This document shows, in pieces, positions 63,129-64,000 of a stretch of DNA of 64,000 nucleotides. Within the stretch, counting starts at the first letter, position 1, and every line of letters starts with the position of its first letter. A model generated the notes under the pieces. The model saw nothing but the letters and a program-made list of their open reading frames with translations. It did not search any database and was not told the DNA's origin. Position numbers and translations under genes: made by a program. Source of the stretch: Haliotis rufescens (Eukaryota); contig NW_025964389.1 in the NCBI RefSeq assembly GCF_023055435.1, positions 372,001-436,000 on the forward strand, given 5' to 3'.

Positions 63129-63664
63129 GAAAGAAGGAAAATATTAAACAACTGAATTATACCACACTACGAGTTAGTTGTGTTTTTGCAACAGTCAACC
63201 AATATCACACAAGATGTCATCGTACAAGACAGAGGACACCATTCCAAAGAGGTGAACAAAACCGGGTCATCGGCGCAACCCGTCAACGCCTTAACCACAA
63301 GGCTACCTATCTAAAGGTAGGAAAAGTACTGCCTACATGAACGGCGTTGGACCTTTAACGTGATTTCATAAATCGGATCTTCTTACTTGGGCGCATAAGG
63401 TGATCCCAGTAATGACAGTATAAGACACATCACGTCTACGGCATCTGTACAAACAACCGTTATTACCTGGTATCATCGGCTTGACAAAGACGTCGCATGA
63501 TGTAATCAGACACCGCCAATACAGTTATAACACACCGGTCTTCCCCAGACAGAAATATTATTTCAATAGATCGTTCACTACCTAGGTGATTCCAACGGCG
63601 TGCCCTGTGACCATATGCAAACCATGTGACTTCTGTGATCCCGATGGGACCAAATGCGCGTTTC

Positions 63665-64000
63665 TGACCCGAATGCGACCTCCATGCGTCTGTGACCCAA
63701 TGCGACCTTCAGGCGTCCTGTGTGACCCAATGCGACCTTCAGGCGCACTATGTGATCCAACTCGACCTTCAGGCGTCCTGTGTGATCCAATGCGACCTTC
63801 AGGCGTCCTGTGTGACCCAATGCGACCTTTAGGCGCCCTATGTGACCCAATGCGACCTTCAGGCGTCCTGTGTGACCCAATACGACCTTCAGGCGTCCTG
63901 TGTGACCCAATACGACCCTCAGCCGTCCTATGTGATCCAATGCGACCTTCAGGCGTCCTGTGTGATCCAATGCGACCTTCAGGCGTCCTGTTAACCCAAT
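63665..64000. repeat. 30-bp minisatellite TGTGACCCAATGCGACCTTCAGGCGTCCTG, running off the window
   Basis: About 11 units. Confidence 0.96.

Overview
This is eukaryotic, intron-rich animal DNA, almost certainly molluscan and probably a gastropod such as abalone (inferred from the SINE repertoire only). I can support one protein-coding gene, on the minus strand. Four coding exons (10236-9993, 8041-7877, 2920-2723, 1225-1143), all joined in phase 1 with canonical GT-AG sites, encode a 229-aa protein: signal peptide-TSP1-TSP1-LDLa-hydrophobic C-terminal tail (probable GPI signal). A TATA-containing non-coding first exon lies at about 13155-13065. The rest is repetitive. Three SINE-like families with different heads share one 3' stem-loop tail: A (tRNA-Leu-like head, V-domain-like body), B (no tRNA head, precise structured 5' end) and C (short, tRNA-Asp/Val-like). 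There is also a Meta/MESC-type SINE, a young 5'-truncated CR1-group LINE, an RTE LINE remnant, a pogo/Tigger relic, several MITEs and many minisatellites. The most notable observations are: (i) family B starts at the same nucleotide in three TSD-bounded copies and can fold into a pseudoknot plus hairpin, making it a candidate self-processing or protective RNA head; (ii) two satellites clearly arose inside retroelements, one in the RTE zinc-finger codons and one in a Meta-SINE 3' body; (iii) the gene has the domain order of the complement C6 N-terminus but no MACPF domain. Nearly all long ORFs in the supplied track are repeat artefacts. No CRISPR array, rRNA or intact tRNA gene is supported.
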